Shown: positions 16,671 to 25,232, counted from the stretch's first letter. The stretch: 64,000 bases of DNA from an uncultured bacterium (GCA_903910645.1 CAIWAD010000172.1:11495-75494), one strand, 5' to 3'. The notes: a model not told the origin generated them from the sequence alone. Program-made: numbers and translations.

Positions 16671-18503
16671 ATGCCTTTCCTGTCCCCCTTCCGGCCGCGC
16701 GCCCTGCTGGTCAGCCTCTTGCTGCCCGTCCTGGCCGCCGCCGCCCCCCAGAATTGTGCAGGCTGCCACGAGGACAGCGTGCACGCCCAGGCCTTCGCCG
16801 CCTCCGTCCATCAGGATCTGGCCTGCACGGCCTGCCACGAGCCAAGCGCCCAGGCGGTGCCGGCGCCAGGCTGCGCCAGCGGCTTCACGCCCATGGACTG
16901 TGCGCGTTGCCACGAGCAACAGGCCGCCGAGCACACCAAGAGCGTGCACAATGGCAAGCGTCTGCCTGTGGCGTGCTGGCAGTGCCACCAGGACATCCAC
17001 ACGCTGGGCAGTGTGAAGGAGGACCGGCTGGCCACGGCCAAGGTCTGCGCCAGCTGCCACGAACATCAGGACGAGTACTTCCAGAGCGTCCACGGTGAGG
17101 CCCTGGCCAAGGGCAATGCCGACGCCCCGGGCTGCGTGGACTGCCACGGCACCCACAGTGTGCAGGCCGTGGACAACGACGGCCCCGGCCGCAGCCTTCA
17201 CACCAGCGCCTGCATTGGCTGCCACGCGGACAGCACGCGCATGGCGGCCAGCGATGTGGAAGTGGTGGCGGCGGAAACCTTCCTGCACAGCTTCCACGGC
17301 AAGAATGTGCGGCTGGGCCATGCGGAGACAGTGGCGGGCTGCGCGGACTGCCACGGCAGCCATGGCGTGTGGCCCAGGGACGATGCCCGCAGCACCGTGC
17401 ACGAAGCCAACAAGGTTGAAACCTGCCGCCAGTGCCACGCAGGCGCAAGCGCCTCCTTCGTGCGCTACCTGCCCCACGCCGACGACCGGGACAGCGCCTC
17501 AAGTCCGGCCCTTTACTGGACGCGCGTGGCCATGACGGCGCTGTTGGTGGGCACCTTCATCTTCTTCTGGGCACACAGCCTGTTGTGGGCCTTCCGCAGC
17601 TTCATCGAGCGCGAAAGCAAGGCCAAGGCCGCCCACGGCGCGGCCCATGCCGCCACCGTGCCGCCCAACCGCAGCTACCGACGCTTCCAGCGCAAGCACA
17701 TCCTGCTGCACGTGGTGGTGGTGGTCAGTTTCCTGACTCTTGCCCTTACCGGTTTGCCGCTGAAATTCGCCGGCACGGCCTGGGGCCACGCCATTGCCGA
17801 GTTCTTCGGCGGTCCGGACCGCGCGCGCTTCCTGCACCACAGCGCCGCGCTGGTCACTTTTGGCTGGTTCATGGTGGCGGTGGTGGGCAGCGTGCGCTTC
17901 CTGTGGACTGGCCGCGGCAAGCCCGGCGGCTGGATGGCGCGCCTGCTGGGGCCGGATTCCCTCTTCCCCACCATGCGGGATTGGCGGGACTTCAGCGCCA
18001 TGGTGAAGTGGTTCGCCTTCCGCGGCCCCAAGCCCAGTTTCGAGCGCTGGACCTACTGGGAGAAATTCGACTTCCTGGCCGTGTTCTGGGGCATGTTCGC
18101 CATCGGCGGCAGCGGTCTGATGCTATGGTTCCCGGAATTCTTCGCGCGGCTGCTGCCCGGCTGGGTCTTCAATGTGGCCACCATCATCCATAGCGACGAG
18201 GCCCTTTTGGCCACCGGCTTCATCTTCACCGTGCACTTCTTCAACACGCACTTCCGGCCGGAGAAATTCCCCATGGACACGGTGATCTTCAACGGTCGCG
18301 TGAGCCACGAAGAGATGCTGGAGGAGCGTGGCGACCAGTATCGGCGTTATGTGGATGAAGGCCGCCTGGAGGACTTCGTGGACGAGCGTCCCAAGCGCCT
18401 GCTGTGGGAGTTCAGCTACCGCATCTTTGGCCTGGTGGCCGTGGCCCTGGGCCTGGGATTGGCCCTTCTCATGGTCTTTACCCTGCTCGGCGGAGGGCAT
18501 TGA
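16671..18503 (+). CDS. multihaem cytochrome c (9 CXXCH) fused to a dihaem cytochrome b membrane domain (CbcL-like quinol oxidoreductase)
   Basis: Internal ATG of ORF 16608..18503, with a signal peptide MPFLSPFRPRALLVSLLLPVLAAAA. The nine motifs are CAGCH, CTACH, CARCH, CWQCH, CASCH, CVDCH, CIGCH, CADCH and CRQCH. These are followed by five hydrophobic helices bearing His (HILLH, FLHHS, IIHSDE...TVHFF). Confidence 0.8.
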   Translation: MPFLSPFRPRALLVSLLLPVLAAAAPQNCAGCHEDSVHAQAFAASVHQDLACTACHEPSAQAVPAPGCASGFTPMDCARCHEQQAAEHTKSVHNGKRLPVACWQCHQDIHTLGSVKEDRLATAKVCASCHEHQDEYFQSVHGEALAKGNADAPGCVDCHGTHSVQAVDNDGPGRSLHTSACIGCHADSTRMAASDVEVVAAETFLHSFHGKNVRLGHAETVAGCADCHGSHGVWPRDDARSTVHEANKVETCRQCHAGASASFVRYLPHADDRDSASSPALYWTRVAMTALLVGTFIFFWAHSLLWAFRSFIERESKAKAAHGAAHAATVPPNRSYRRFQRKHILLHVVVVVSFLTLALTGLPLKFAGTAWGHAIAEFFGGPDRARFLHHSAALVTFGWFMVAVVGSVRFLWTGRGKPGGWMARLLGPDSLFPTMRDWRDFSAMVKWFAFRGPKPSFERWTYWEKFDFLAVFWGMFAIGGSGLMLWFPEFFARLLPGWVFNVATIIHSDEALLATGFIFTVHFFNTHFRPEKFPMDTVIFNGRVSHEEMLEERGDQYRRYVDEGRLEDFVDERPKRLLWEFSYRIFGLVAVALGLGLALLMVFTLLGGGH

Positions 18504-18539
18504 TCCGCATCCGGCCAGGATTCCTGCCTGCCTATCACC

Positions 18540-18571
18540 ATGACGGCTCCTCCGGGAGCCGTCATTTTTTT
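18540..18571 (+). terminator. rho-independent terminator closing the multihaem operon
   Basis: atgacggctcc-tccg-ggagccgtcat gives an 11-bp stem followed by a T run (18565-18571). Confidence 0.85.
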
Positions 18572-18788
18572 AATAGGGCGGCCCTGTCATGCAGATTCAA
18601 ATTTCGGCTGGGATAGCCTTGGGGGAGCCAAATTTCATCAAGTGAAAACAAGAATTGAATAAACTCTGCATGGACTGAATTCAATAGAAATACAGGGCTC
18701 GGCATCAACTCTCCCAGCGCCCTCCCCGATAGGAAGTGAGCATTTATGACACATGTCCTAGCGATGCAGAATACAGCGGAGGGGCAGA

Positions 18789-19289
18789 TTGGATCCAAAG
18801 GACTACACGCGGTCGCGCTTTGTGGGCCTTCATTCCCAGGGTGTAAAGGAGATCGTCCTCATCGCCTTGCTGGCCGTGCTTGTCTGGATCCTGGCGGGGC
18901 GACTGGAATTGCTGGAGCAGATGGCGAATTTCACGCGCATGCACGAGCACTGGGAGCTGGACGAGCTGGTGGTGTCCACCACCTTCATGGGTCTGGCCCT
19001 GGGTGTCTTCGTGTTCCGCCGCTGGCGGGAGGCCTGCCATGTGGCCCAACGGCTGGAGTTGCAGCGCCAGGAGCTGGAGCAGGCCTTGAGTGAGGTGCGG
19101 CAGCTGCAGGGCATTATTCCCATCTGCGCGGCCTGCAAAAAGGTGCGCGACGAGGGCGGCTACTGGCATCAGGTGGAAGAATACCTGCGCTGCCACAGCA
19201 CGGCGGAATTCAGCCACAGCCTGTGCGCGGAATGCACCCATGTCTACTTCGCGGAACTGGCCGATGAACAGGGCCGCCTGCCCGTCTAG
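18789..19289 (+). CDS. small two-TM protein with a coiled coil and a C-terminal Cys4 (IPICxxCKKVRD...SHSLCxEC) motif
   Basis: TTG start with GGAGG 5 nt upstream, and GC3-biased codons. It has two TM helices, a coiled coil LELQRQELEQALSEVRQLQ, then GIIPICAACKKVRDEGGYWHQVEEYLRCHSTAEFSHSLCAEC. Confidence 0.65.
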   Translation: MDPKDYTRSRFVGLHSQGVKEIVLIALLAVLVWILAGRLELLEQMANFTRMHEHWELDELVVSTTFMGLALGVFVFRRWREACHVAQRLELQRQELEQALSEVRQLQGIIPICAACKKVRDEGGYWHQVEEYLRCHSTAEFSHSLCAECTHVYFAELADEQGRLPV

Positions 19290-19436
19290 GCATGTTCCCA
19301 TCCATCCCGCATCCTCGAGCTTCGAACTCCTCTTTGTTCTCCTTCTCCTTCTCGATTTCCACCCAACCACAAGCTCGAGACTCAAGTACGAGGCTCAAAC
19401 AAGAGGATGAATTCGAGGCTTGGATGGTGGGAGAAC

Positions 19437-21473
19437 TCAATTCTTCAAAACCCACCGCACACCCAGCCACTCCTCGTGGCCGTGCAGGGGACGATCCTCC
19501 ACCCGGGCGTTGTCCGCCAGCCCGAATGGATTGCGCAGGGCCCACATCAGGCTGAAGGCGCCCCGGGTGGCTTCGCCTTTCACCCACACCTCCGGCGCCG
19601 CCCACAGGGCATTGCCCCGGGAATCCACCCCGCCGTATTCGTGGTGCAGGCCCATAGTCACGCGCAGATTCAATTCCCGCCGGAAGAGCAGGCGTTCATG
19701 GGTCAGAACGGCATCGCTCATCCACTGGGGAAACTCGCGGCTGATCAATTCGCGATTGTCGTGGAACCAGGCCTGGGCGGCGTCCACGCGCCAGCGGGAA
19801 CTGAGCTGCCAGCCCAGGAAAGCCTGGGCACCGGCCTGCACATGATTCCAGCCCTTCCAGGTCCAGGTCAGGGAATCCGGCGTTTCCAGTGGATCGTCCC
19901 GCAGTTCCACGCGCCAGGCCCTCATGGCAAGGGACAGGCGGCCCGCCAGGGCGCGGGTGCCCAGGCGCAGTTCCTGCCGTTGCCAGCTTGAGGCACCCAG
20001 AGTGGAGTCTCCCACTAGATTCAAGTTGGCGTCCCGGCGCCAGGGGCTGATGACCGCGTCGGACAAGAGGGGCTTGCGGGTCAGGTGCAATTGCTCCGCC
20101 GTGGGTGCAAGGCGGCCACCATGAAGCAATAGGTCGGCCCAGGATTTCAGGCCACTGGCCCCCAGGCGCAAGCCGGCGCTGCCACCCCACAATTGGTCGT
20201 CTCCCGTGTGCCGCAGGGTGGCGGCGGGTTCCACCACCCAGCGTCGGCCCAGTCCCAACAAGGTCCAAGCGGCGGTGGCCTCCACCCGCTCTTCCAGGCG
20301 AGTGGACTTCCAGTCGTCGGAACTTAGCTGCTGGTGTTCTCCCGTGGCCTGCACGCGCCAACCGCCGCCGGCCCACACCTCGTCCAGGGAAAGGCTCAGC
20401 GCACGCAGCGTTTCCGCGTCACGCTGCTTCAGCACGCGATCAAAGGCCAGGCGATCCTCACGCTGCCAGGCATCCAGCTCCATGCTGCGGCTTGTGCCCA
20501 GGGTGCGCCCAAGGCGGGCGCGCAACAGGCTCTGATCCAGGCTGCGCCGTTGGCCATCGGCGTCCAGCACATCGCCGCGGTCGTGCAGCAGGCGCTGATC
20601 CAGGCGCAGCAACCAGTCACCGGCCACGGGGCGGTCCCAATTCCATTGGAACACATTGCCACGGAACTCCGCGCCCGGCACGCGCTCATGGGTGTAGATC
20701 TGTCGGCTGGCGGCCTGAAAGCGGCCTCCCAGCAAGGGGCGCTGGAAATCCCCATCCACCGAGATGAAGCCCATGAAGCCATCGGCCCAGGCCACGCGGG
20801 TGAGCACGCTGTCGTTCGTCGCGCGGCGGCTGCGGAAGGAAAGAAGCCCGCCGGGCCGCTCCCCCAGGCGGTTCCAGACATCAGCGCCGGCGGGAAGGCA
20901 TAGTCCCGGCGCCACCAGATTCACATCCGCCAGGCCGCTGATGCGGCTGGAAAGATCAATGCCGTCCAGCACCAGGGTGGACGCCCCAGGGCGCAAGCCA
21001 TCCAGTGCCAGCAACTGACGATGCCCCACCTGCCCTTGGTCGAAGAAGGGGCCGGGCACCAGTGGCAATAGCTGGTCGGCCAGATCTTCCGCCGGGCGGT
21101 CGCTGCTTTCGGAAAGGGTGGGAAGTGGGCGGTTCTGGGGACTAAGGTGACGCAGTATCTGGGGCCAGGTGCTGCCCTTGGCCCACAAGAGCTGCCACCA
21201 GGTGGGTGTTGCGGTGGAATCCGCCGCCAGACTGTCCGGCAGCTGGGAAAGCGCGTTGGCTCCGGGGAGTGCGCGTCCCGTGGTGCGGAAGGGAGAGGCC
21301 CCAGCAAGGCTGTCCGCCGGGCGGGCCAGGCTATCCGCGCCGCGCGTCATGGGAATCCACTGCACGGGGGCGTCCTGGGTGGCCAGAGCGGGAACCCAAG
21401 ACAGCGCCAAGGCAAAAAGAAGCACACGCCACCCCGCAAGGGCGCGGCGCGTGCTTCCCATGGTCGTCTTCAT
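19437..21473 (-). CDS. putative outer-membrane beta-barrel protein (TonB-dependent-receptor-like)
   Basis: Internal ATG of ORF 19437..21524, with a signal peptide MKTTMGSTRRALAGWRVLLFALALSWVPALA. The remainder of about 650 aa has alternating-hydrophobicity strands rich in W/R/G. The product assignment is weak. Confidence 0.55.
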   Translation of the reverse strand: MKTTMGSTRRALAGWRVLLFALALSWVPALATQDAPVQWIPMTRGADSLARPADSLAGASPFRTTGRALPGANALSQLPDSLAADSTATPTWWQLLWAKGSTWPQILRHLSPQNRPLPTLSESSDRPAEDLADQLLPLVPGPFFDQGQVGHRQLLALDGLRPGASTLVLDGIDLSSRISGLADVNLVAPGLCLPAGADVWNRLGERPGGLLSFRSRRATNDSVLTRVAWADGFMGFISVDGDFQRPLLGGRFQAASRQIYTHERVPGAEFRGNVFQWNWDRPVAGDWLLRLDQRLLHDRGDVLDADGQRRSLDQSLLRARLGRTLGTSRSMELDAWQREDRLAFDRVLKQRDAETLRALSLSLDEVWAGGGWRVQATGEHQQLSSDDWKSTRLEERVEATAAWTLLGLGRRWVVEPAATLRHTGDDQLWGGSAGLRLGASGLKSWADLLLHGGRLAPTAEQLHLTRKPLLSDAVISPWRRDANLNLVGDSTLGASSWQRQELRLGTRALAGRLSLAMRAWRVELRDDPLETPDSLTWTWKGWNHVQAGAQAFLGWQLSSRWRVDAAQAWFHDNRELISREFPQWMSDAVLTHERLLFRRELNLRVTMGLHHEYGGVDSRGNALWAAPEVWVKGEATRGAFSLMWALRNPFGLADNARVEDRPLHGHEEWLGVRWVLKN

Positions 21474-21524
21474 GCGTGCCAGCCGCGTCACGACAAGGCC
21501 GGACAAGTCCGGCCGCCGGGACAT

Positions 21525-21872
21525 TTAGTTGGTGCGCTCGCGCAGACGCGCGGCCTTGCCGCTGCGGGCGCGCAGGAAGTAGAGGCGGGCACGGCGCACG
21601 CGGCTGGAGCGCTTCACCACCAGCTTCTCGATCTTCGGGCTGTGGAGGGGGAAAATGCGCTCCACGCCAAAGCCCTTCAGAGCCTTGCGCACCGTGTAGG
21701 TGGCAGTGGCGCTGTTGCCACCGTGGCGGGCAATCACCACGCCGGTATAGATCTGGATGCGCTCCTTGTTGCCTTCAATGATGCGCACATGCACATCAAC
21801 GGAGTCGCCCACGGCGAAATCCGGCAGGTCCGTGCGCAGCTCGGACTGATATGCGCTCTTCAGCAGGCTCAT
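21525..21872 (-). CDS. rplS: 50S ribosomal protein L19
   Basis: The sequence DLPDFAVGDSVDVHVRIIEGNKERIQIYTGVVIARHG...YTVRKALKGFGVERIFPLHSPKIEKLVVKRSSRVRRARLYFLR is L19. Confidence 0.95.
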   Translation of the reverse strand: MSLLKSAYQSELRTDLPDFAVGDSVDVHVRIIEGNKERIQIYTGVVIARHGGNSATATYTVRKALKGFGVERIFPLHSPKIEKLVVKRSSRVRRARLYFLRARSGKAARLRERTN

Positions 21873-21883
21873 GATGGCCTCTC

Positions 21884-22603
21884 CTATCCTTCGTTCCTTG
21901 ATTTCATTTCCAGCAAATCGGGGCGCTTGCGCCGCGTCCGCTCCAGCCGCTGGGCCGCACGCCATGCCTCAATGCGGGCATGATGGCCGCTCAGCAACAC
22001 TTCCGGCACCGCCATGCCACGGAATTCCGCCGGCCGCGTGTACACCGGAGCCTCCAACAAACCGTCCTCCAGGGAGTCCGTGTCCGCGCTCTCGGCGTTT
22101 CCCAGAGCCCCCGGCAAGAGTCGAACCAGGGCGTCCACCAGCACCATGGCAGGCAGTTCGCCACCACTGAGCACATAGTCGCCTATGCTCAATTCACGGT
22201 CCACGCAGGCGTCAATGAAGCGCTCGTCCACGCCCTTGTAGTGGCCGCACACCACGATGAGGTGCTCCACTTCCGCCGCCATGCGGCGGGCTTGGGCCTG
22301 CTCCAGTTTCGCCCCCTGCGGGCTGGTGAGCACCACAAGGGGTTTGGAAGCCTGGGGGCTGTGGGCACGCGCCCGGGCCACCAGTTCGTCATGACAATGA
22401 AAGAGCGGCTCCGCCTTCATCACCAGACCCGCGCCGCCGCCGAACATTTCGTCGTCGGCCTTGCGATGCTTGTCCCGCGTCCATTCCCGCAGGTCGTGCA
22501 GGCGGATGTCCACCAGCCCCTGCTGGCGGGCCCGCTTGACGATGCTCTCATCCAGGGGCCCGTCGAACATCTCCGGAAAGAGCGTGACGATGTCGACGAT
22601 CAT
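21884..22603 (-). CDS. trmD: tRNA (guanine37-N1)-methyltransferase
   Basis: The sequence [17 protein letters not shown]...[25 protein letters not shown] is TrmD. Confidence 0.95.
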   Translation of the reverse strand: MIVDIVTLFPEMFDGPLDESIVKRARQQGLVDIRLHDLREWTRDKHRKADDEMFGGGAGLVMKAEPLFHCHDELVARARAHSPQASKPLVVLTSPQGAKLEQAQARRMAAEVEHLIVVCGHYKGVDERFIDACVDRELSIGDYVLSGGELPAMVLVDALVRLLPGALGNAESADTDSLEDGLLEAPVYTRPAEFRGMAVPEVLLSGHHARIEAWRAAQRLERTRRKRPDLLEMKSRNEG

Positions 22604-23124
22604 GGGTCCAGCATGCCTTCCGGGATCATGCCCTCAGGCACATCCAATTCGAGCCAGGCCGCCGCCATGTCCAGGCGCGGCACGAAGCGGCGATGGAAAG
22701 GCACCAGAGCCTCCAGGCCCCGGGCGCGGATTTCCAGCACCGGACCCGCCGGCAGCTCCATGACCCCTTCCACGCGGCCCACCACCCGGCCATCCGCCAG
22801 GCGCGCCTCAAGCCCCATCAAATCCGCCAGGAAGACCTCGTCTTCCGCCAGAGGGGGAAGGTCGCGCCGATGGATCTGCAAGGTGGCGCCGCACAGGCTT
22901 TCCGCCTGGGTGCGGTCCGCGATGCCCTCAAAGAGCAGGGAAAGCCGTCCGGCCGAGCAATGGCCGCCCAGCCTTCGCAACAGGCGCGTTTCCCGTGGCG
23001 AGTGCAGGCGAAAGTCCCGCAGCTCCAGCAGGCGCTCCGGCTGGTCGCTGTAAGCCGTTACCCACACTTCGCCGCGCAGGCCGCGGGGCCGGGAAACCCA
23101 GCCGATGTCCACGAATTCCTGCAC
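22600..23124 (-). CDS. rimM: 16S rRNA processing protein RimM
   Basis: [16 protein letters not shown] is the N-terminal motif, followed by a PRC barrel C-terminus. It sits in the conserved position between rpsP and trmD. Confidence 0.88.
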   Translation of the reverse strand: MQEFVDIGWVSRPRGLRGEVWVTAYSDQPERLLELRDFRLHSPRETRLLRRLGGHCSAGRLSLLFEGIADRTQAESLCGATLQIHRRDLPPLAEDEVFLADLMGLEARLADGRVVGRVEGVMELPAGPVLEIRARGLEALVPFHRRFVPRLDMAAAWLELDVPEGMIPEGMLDP

Positions 23125-23136
23125 GGGGATGGGGCG

Positions 23137-23619
23137 TTACTCGCCCTCGGCCTCGGCGGCAGGCTCCGCGGCTGCGGCGGCTGCGGCGGCTGCGGCAGCG
23201 GCCTTCTCCTCGGCAGCCTTGCGGGCAGCCTCGGCCTGGGCCTTGCGCGCACTTTCCTCCGCACGACGCTTGGCTTCCACCGACTGGCGATCCTTGCCAG
23301 CCTTGTGGTCCTGATGCGCCGCCACCTTTTCCGCCACCTGCTCCGGCGTGGCGCCGCGCTTGGTGAGGTCGTGGGCCAGCATCACGCCCGCCTTGGAAAG
23401 CAGGCTGCGCACCGTGTCCGAAGCCTGGGCGCCGTTGCCCAGCCACTTCAACGCGGCGGCGTGGTCCACTTCAATGGTGGCCGGATTGGTGAGGGGATTG
23501 TAGGTGCCCACGGCCTCGATGTACTGGCCGTCCCGGCGAACGCGGGAGTCCACCGCCACGATGCGGTAGAAGGGACGCTTCTTGCGACCCATGCGGGTCA
23601 GACGCAGCTTGACTGCCAC
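23137..23619 (-). CDS. rpsP: 30S ribosomal protein S16 with a C-terminal Lys/Glu/Ala-rich extension of about 75 aa
   Basis: [42 protein letters not shown] is the S16 core. The tail ends ...[24 protein letters not shown]. Confidence 0.93.
   Translation of the reverse strand: MAVKLRLTRMGRKKRPFYRIVAVDSRVRRDGQYIEAVGTYNPLTNPATIEVDHAAALKWLGNGAQASDTVRSLLSKAGVMLAHDLTKRGATPEQVAEKVAAHQDHKAGKDRQSVEAKRRAEESARKAQAEAARKAAEEKAAAAAAAAAAAAEPAAEAEGE
23168..23203. repeat. tandem 9-bp repeat (gcggctgcg x3 plus one imperfect unit) encoding the poly-Ala run of S16
   Basis: Direct reading: 23168-23176, 23177-23185 and 23186-23194 are identical, and 23195-23203 is gcagcggcc. Confidence 0.9.
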
Positions 23620-23635
23620 AGCAGCCTCCTAAAGA

Positions 23636-25051
23636 CTATCGTTTCTTCTTGCCTGTCTTCTTCTGGGCGCGTTTGGCGGCAAAACCGGCGGAGGCCGCGT
23701 TCACCTGGGGCAAGGGATGGGCTTCCGCCTCCCCGCGCCGGGCTCCCATGCCCCCGAACATGCCCATGCCGCCCATCTGCTTCATCATGCCCTTCATCTG
23801 CTCGTACTGATGAAGCAGCAGGCCCACATCGTTCTCTTTCACTCCGGCGCCGCGCGCGATGCGCGACTTGCGGCTGCCGTTGATGATGGCCGGCTGCTGG
23901 CGTTCCCGAAGCGTCATGCTTTGGATGATCGCTTCCGTGCGCACCAGATGCCGGGAATCCAGATCCAGGTCCTTCAGCTTGGACCCCACACCCGGAATCA
24001 TTTTCAACAAGCCTTCCAATGGACCCAACCGCTTGATCATCTGCAGTTGGGACAGGAAGTCCTCCAGATCGAACTCCGCCCGCGCCATGCGCGAGGCCAT
24101 GCGCTCCGCGTCCTGGCGCTCGACCTGCTCCTGGACCTTCTCCACCAAACCCACCACATCGCCCATGCCCAGGATGCGTTGGGCCAGGCGTTCGGGGTGG
24201 AAGGGCTCAAGGGCGTCCAGCTTCTCGCCCGTGCCCGTGAATTTCACCGGCGCGCCCGTCACGGCGCGGATGCTCATGGCCGCGCCACCGCGCGTGTCGC
24301 CATCCAGCTTGGTGAGCACAACGCCTGTGAAGGCCAGCCGCTGGTGGAAATCCCGCGCCGCCCGCACGGCGTCCTGGCCGATCATGGAGTCGGCCACGAA
24401 GAGGATCTCGTGGGGATTCAGTTCCGCGCGGATCCGCTCCAGCTCCTGCATCATGCCTTCGTCGATGTGCAGGCGACCGGCGGTGTCCAGGATGACGGTG
24501 TCAAAGTGACCACTTTGCGCTTCGGCCAAGCCCAGGCGCGCGGTCTTCAGGGCGTCGTTGTCCACGGGCCGGAAGACGGGCACGCCCAGGTCCCGCCCCA
24601 GCACGGCCAGCTGCTCCACGGCGGCGGGCCGGTAAATGTCAGCGGCGACCAAAAAGGGCCGCCGGCCCATTTTTCCCTTCAAAAGCTTGGCCAGCTTGGC
24701 CGCGGAAGTGGTTTTTCCGCTGCCTTGCAGACCCACCATCATGATGACGGTGGGACCTCCGGTGGCCAGCACAAGCGGGGCATTTTGCCCGCCCAGCAGC
24801 TCCACCAGCTGGTCGTGGACAATCTTGACGAACTGCTGGCCCGGCAGGACGCCTTTCAGCACCTCGGCGCCACGGGCCTCTTCGGCCACGCGCGCGACGA
24901 AATCCCGGGCCACCTGGACGCTGACATCCGCCTCCAGCAAGGCGCGGCGGATTTCCCGCGTGGCGTCCTCGATATTGGAGCCGGAGATCTTCGCCTGCCC
25001 TTTCAGGCTGCGGAGAATCCCGTCAAAGCGCTCCTGCAGAGCGTCCAGCAT
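23636..25051 (-). CDS. ffh: signal recognition particle protein
   Basis: N domain, then G domain with GLQGSGKTTSAAKLA, DTAGRL and TKLDGD, then a Met-rich M domain (MKGMMKQMGGMGMFGGMG). Confidence 0.96.
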   Translation of the reverse strand: MLDALQERFDGILRSLKGQAKISGSNIEDATREIRRALLEADVSVQVARDFVARVAEEARGAEVLKGVLPGQQFVKIVHDQLVELLGGQNAPLVLATGGPTVIMMVGLQGSGKTTSAAKLAKLLKGKMGRRPFLVAADIYRPAAVEQLAVLGRDLGVPVFRPVDNDALKTARLGLAEAQSGHFDTVILDTAGRLHIDEGMMQELERIRAELNPHEILFVADSMIGQDAVRAARDFHQRLAFTGVVLTKLDGDTRGGAAMSIRAVTGAPVKFTGTGEKLDALEPFHPERLAQRILGMGDVVGLVEKVQEQVERQDAERMASRMARAEFDLEDFLSQLQMIKRLGPLEGLLKMIPGVGSKLKDLDLDSRHLVRTEAIIQSMTLRERQQPAIINGSRKSRIARGAGVKENDVGLLLHQYEQMKGMMKQMGGMGMFGGMGARRGEAEAHPLPQVNAASAGFAAKRAQKKTGKKKR

Positions 25052-25232
25052 GTCCTTTGCCTCCGAAGTCGGAAGCCGGAGAGTCTAACATAGGAGAGCT
25101 GGAGGTGCAAGGTGGCAAGGGCGAAAAGGAGCAGGGACAGGGACTTCCGCCCACTTTTGCACGCTTTTTTCCGATTTGAATGCCCGGCGCAGGCGACTTC
25201 GCAAAGAAAAGGTCGACCAGCGCCCAATGACC

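Noticed and set aside
18562-18798. 78-aa minus-strand ORF in the AT-rich spacer
   Set aside because: It has no GC3 bias and no RBS. It spans the strong terminator of the upstream operon, so it is probably non-coding.
23717-25093. 458-aa ORF antisense to ffh, and likewise 57271..58779 antisense to eno
   Set aside because: ffh and eno are unambiguous. The antisense ORFs are GC-driven artefacts.
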